In this document: positions 61,090 to 64,000 of the stretch, piece by piece
Layout: every line of letters starts with the position of its first letter
Position numbering within the stretch: position 1 is the first letter of the stretch
DNA from: Kiritimatiellia bacterium
GTDB lineage: Bacteria > Verrucomicrobiota > Kiritimatiellia > RFP12 > UBA1067
Direction of reading: 5' to 3'
Length of the DNA stretch: 64,000 nucleotides
Assembly (NCBI GenBank): GCA_041673345.1
Contig: JBAYXX010000003.1
Coordinates: forward strand, 23,604-87,603
The notes under the pieces: model-generated
Databases searched by the model: none
What the model was told of the DNA's origin: nothing
The model's input: only the letters and a program-made list of their open reading frames with translations
Program-made: the position numbers and the translations under genes

Positions 61090-61500
61090 CAATCTTGCTT
61101 CGAGTGCTTCGCATACAAGCACCCACTGTCTTTCAACCAATGCCCAGTCGTGTGGTTATTCAATGGTGCGTTCGGCCAGTTCGGCAATCCATTGCATTTG
61201 TTCGCAGAGGGTCTGGCGCCAGCTCTGGCTAGTTATCAGAGGGGCGGTTGCGTACAACCTCGTCGGCGCGTGTAGCCTTCATCCAGGCGCGCTGCGAGAG
61301 CAACATGGCGAATACAACAGCCCCAAGTAGCCGATTACGCCCTGATGCGCACCCTGCACGTCTTTATTATGGAGCACCTCTTTCAGTGCCTCATACTCAC
61401 TGGTGATAAGCTCACTGATGTCCTCCTTGCTTGCGTGCGCAGCCTCGTTGAGCAACGAAAGGGCCTCGTGTATTTTCTGTGTCTCTTGTCCATCTTGTTT
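61090..61500 (-). pseudogene. Frameshifted remnant of an unidentified gene (possibly DinB/YfiT-like)
   Basis: Manual translation: ..HEALSLLNEAAHASKEDISELITSEYEALKEVLHNKDVQGAHQGVIGYLGLL continues in another frame as ..AVVFAMLLSQRAWMKATRADEVVRNRPSDN. Not in ORF track. Confidence 0.25.
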
Positions 61501-61572
61501 TTTATTTTACTTATCCTGATATTAATTTTAGTTTCTGGTGGTATAGGTTTCTCTCCTTTTCCGCCCGTTTTC

Positions 61573-61749
61573 TCAAAGCGGCGGCCTACGACCGCATAGT
61601 GCGCTAACGACCAGCGAAATGAGTAAGACGATCACAAAAATGAAAAAAAGGATCTTTGCCATCCCTGCGGCTGCGCCAGCTACACTGGTGAAACCCAGTA
61701 TACCTGCAACGACCGCGACAATCAATAACATGATAGTCCAGTACAACAT
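61573..61749 (-). CDS. UPF0391/DUF1328 small membrane protein (58 aa), absent from ORF track (<60 aa)
   Basis: [48 protein letters not shown].. matches the YtjA/DUF1328 pattern. Strong SD AAGGAGGAG 5 nt upstream. Confidence 0.6.
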   Translation of the reverse strand: MLYWTIMLLIVAVVAGILGFTSVAGAAAGMAKILFFIFVIVLLISLVVSALCGRRPPL

Positions 61750-61849
61750 AATAACTCCTCCTTATAGTTTTTCTTCAATTCTATCCCCGATATCAGTGTA
61801 ACTTTAACATGCGAGTTGTAGGATGGCAACATTGATTACCGCCGCGTTT

Positions 61850-64000
61850 TCATTTTTTCACCTTCAGGAGTTCTGCCAACGCCTTCACATCGCTCGTGGG
61901 GAGTTGACACACAAAGTTCTCGCACACGTAGGCTGTTGCCCGATTGTTCTTTGGCGCGATCTCCTTTATGAAATCGACATGTTTGGCGAAAAAAGCCTGC
62001 CCCGTGCCGCCATCGGTCAGAATGGTGATTGTGTTGGGCGTGAACCTGGAGTGGATTTCGCGAAGCAGCTCCTGTGTATCGGGTGCATCCAATGTGCCGG
62101 CGATGATGATTTGTTTCGGGGTCGCACGCAGCCAGTCCAGCGCAACGAGCATCAAAGGCATTGCAAAAGGCGTATTTGCGAGTTGCTGACCGACTGCGTG
62201 TAAAGTCTTTTCGGCGCGCACGTGCCAATCTGCTCGATCAAGCATCTGCGCCAGACGCAACAAGTTAAGCACCGCGACCGAGTTCGGCGACGGCTCAGCA
62301 CCGTCGTAGCTTTCCTTGGACCTTAGCAGGATATGTGCATCCTTGCCGCTGGTGGCAAAATAGCCGCCGTCGGCACTATCCCAGAACAGCTCATCCTGTC
62401 GCGCCTGGATTTCCATAGCCCATTCGATCCACTTCGGATCGAAGGTGGTTTCATAAAGATCAAGCAGTCCTTGAATCAAGAACGCATAATCCTCCGCAAA
62501 CCCCTCCACGGCACTCGCGCCCTCGCGATAGGTGCGCAACAGCGTCCGGTCCTGCTCGCGATACAGTTCTGCGCGTACAAATCTGGCTGCGCGCGTCGCG
62601 GCATCGCGGTAGCGGATATCGCCCAGCACCTGTGCAGCCCGAGCGAAGGCTGAGATCATGAGGCCGTTCCACGCGGTGATGATCTTGTCGTCACGATGCG
62701 GTCGCGGTCGTTTTCTACGCACCTTGGCGAGCAGTACACAGTCTGTGTCCAGCGCTGCCGCTGCCACTTTTTCGGCTAGGCCGAATTGGTTCGCCGTCTC
62801 GGCGATGGTGTGGCGTTGGATGAGGATGTTCTTGCCTTCAAACTCTTCTTGAGGATCGCTGCCAGGTGGCGCATTGCCTCTCGTCTCAATGCCGAAGCGG
62901 TAGTTGAACTGCGCCGTGCGCTCCGGGCCGAGTACACGCGCAATCTCGTCGGCCGTCCAGAGATAGAACGCGCCCTCGGCGTGTTCGGGTTTGCCGTGCG
63001 CAAGCGGGCTGTCCGCATCCTCCGCTGAGTAGAATCCACCCGTCGGATGGGTCATATCGCGCAGGACGTAGTCGAGAGTGTCGCGTGCGGTCTGTTTGTA
63101 CTGCGGCTCGTGGGTGATCTGGAATGCCGTGAGGTAAGCTGAGGCGAGTTGCGCTTGGTCGTAGAGCATCTTCTCGAAATGCGGCACATGCCAGAATCGG
63201 TCTACAGCATAGCGGTGGAAACCACCCCCAAGCTGGTCACGGATACCACCTGCGGTCATACGGTGCAAGGTGAAGAGTGCCATTTCCAGCGCCTTCTGAC
63301 CGTCTTTGGAGTTCGGATTACCCGCATAGAAGCGATAGAGAAAGTCAAAGATGACCGGGCGCGGAAACTTGGGTGCCGACCCGAACCCGCCGAGTTGGTC
63401 GTCGAAGGATGCGGCGATCTGCTCGAACGCCTTTTTAGGGATGCCGGTTTTGATCTCATTTTTGGGATCACCACTTGGCTGGGCGACCTTTCGTAACGAT
63501 TCGACGATGCGATCCGAGCTCGCGGTGATTTCCGCTTGCTCGGTCTTCCAGACATCGCTGATCTTGTTGGCCAGCGTCGCGAGCTGTTGCGGCGGAAAGT
63601 AGGTTCCCCCGAAGAACGGCTTAAGATCCGGCGTGAGCCACACCGTCATCGGCCATCCGCCACCGCCAGTGGTTGCTTGCACAAAGGTCATATAGACGCG
63701 ATCCACGTCGGGCCGTTCCTCGCGATCCACCTTGACGCAGACGAAATGCTGGTTGAGAATTTTTGCGACCTCCGGGTTTTCGAACGACTCGCGAGCCATG
63801 ACGTGGCACCAATGGCAGGTGGAGTAGCCGATGGAGAGATAAATCGGCTTGTTCAGTTTGCGTGCTTCGGCAAACGCTTCCTCGCCCCAGGGGTACCAGT
63901 CAACCGGATTGTGCGCATGCTGGAACAGGTAGGGGCTCTTCTCGTGAATCAGGCGGTTTGTGTGCATAGTCTCGTTTTCCGTAATCGTTGGCTTGTCCGC
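61850..64000 (-). CDS. Thioredoxin-domain-containing protein, DUF255/YyaL family (N-acylglucosamine-epimerase-like C-terminal domain), 5' end beyond window
   Basis: [15 protein letters not shown] thioredoxin-like motif and a long alpha/alpha-toroid C-terminal region. Frame remains open past 63967 (..[16 protein letters not shown]). Confidence 0.8.
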   Translation of the reverse strand, partial: ADKPTITENETMHTNRLIHEKSPYLFQHAHNPVDWYPWGEEAFAEARKLNKPIYLSIGYSTCHWCHVMARESFENPEVAKILNQHFVCVKVDREERPDVDRVYMTFVQATTGGGGWPMTVWLTPDLKPFFGGTYFPPQQLATLANKISDVWKTEQAEITASSDRIVESLRKVAQPSGDPKNEIKTGIPKKAFEQIAASFDDQLGGFGSAPKFPRPVIFDFLYRFYAGNPNSKDGQKALEMALFTLHRMTAGGIRDQLGGGFHRYAVDRFWHVPHFEKMLYDQAQLASAYLTAFQITHEPQYKQTARDTLDYVLRDMTHPTGGFYSAEDADSPLAHGKPEHAEGAFYLWTADEIARVLGPERTAQFNYRFGIETRGNAPPGSDPQEEFEGKNILIQRHTIAETANQFGLAEKVAAAALDTDCVLLAKVRRKRPRPHRDDKIITAWNGLMISAFARAAQVLGDIRYRDAATRAARFVRAELYREQDRTLLRTYREGASAVEGFAEDYAFLIQGLLDLYETTFDPKWIEWAMEIQARQDELFWDSADGGYFATSGKDAHILLRSKESYDGAEPSPNSVAVLNLLRLAQMLDRADWHVRAEKTLHAVGQQLANTPFAMPLMLVALDWLRATPKQIIIAGTLDAPDTQELLREIHSRFTPNTITILTDGGTGQAFFAKHVDFIKEIAPKNNRATAYVCENFVCQLPTSDVKALAELLKVKK

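Noticed and set aside
1-64000. Searched by eye for tRNA (GTTCGAATC-type T-arm), tmRNA and rRNA
   Set aside because: No convincing cloverleaf or rRNA signature found. Absence is not proven without tRNAscan/Infernal.

Overview
This 64-kb window looks like a chromosomal segment of a Gram-negative (diderm) bacterium. Diderm markers are BamD, an LptE-like lipoprotein and a TonB-dependent receptor. GC is moderately high. Recognisable housekeeping genes include purD, purE, serA, prmA, rsmI, hflX, mnmA, thymidine phosphorylase, rpmB (L28), korA/korB, queH, 6-phosphogluconolactonase, an M42 peptidase, a GT4 glycosyltransferase, HtrA, an oppDF-like ATPase pair and a 5.6-kb subtilase gene. Two things stand out. 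First, an unusually large number of genes are visibly degraded. I see in-frame internal deletions (aldo-keto reductase, HI0933-like flavoprotein, korB), nonsense or frameshift lesions (type III Mod methylase remnant, RAYT/IS200-like transposase remnant, AKR, a DinB-like remnant), 5' truncations (Maf), orphan fragments (vapC PIN, McrC-like nuclease, IS1182-like transposase pieces, a duplicated 5' end of a DUF255 gene) and a copA-copB-like multicopper oxidase gene split by a ~200-bp MITE with 23-bp terminal inverted repeats. Second, nearly every larger intergenic gap is filled by a modular, mosaic family of palindromic repeats. These comprise a ~50-bp double-hairpin REP-like element, a 25-bp hairpin module that forms 35-bp and 72-bp tandem arrays, a palindrome/A-T-run module that behaves like a bidirectional terminator, (GGGGTC)n/(GGTATC)n long palindromes with G-quadruplex potential, and (GGATTA)n / TTAGGG-like microsatellites. 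I found no CRISPR array, rRNA or convincing tRNA. Other noteworthy items are a probable cobalamin riboswitch in front of the TonB receptor, an inactive-looking Ser/Thr kinase homologue, a low-GC orphan membrane protein gene that looks horizontally acquired, and several unannotatable secreted or membrane proteins (a membrane-anchored protein with DnaJ-type zinc-finger repeats, an XRE regulator with a Cys-rich tail).
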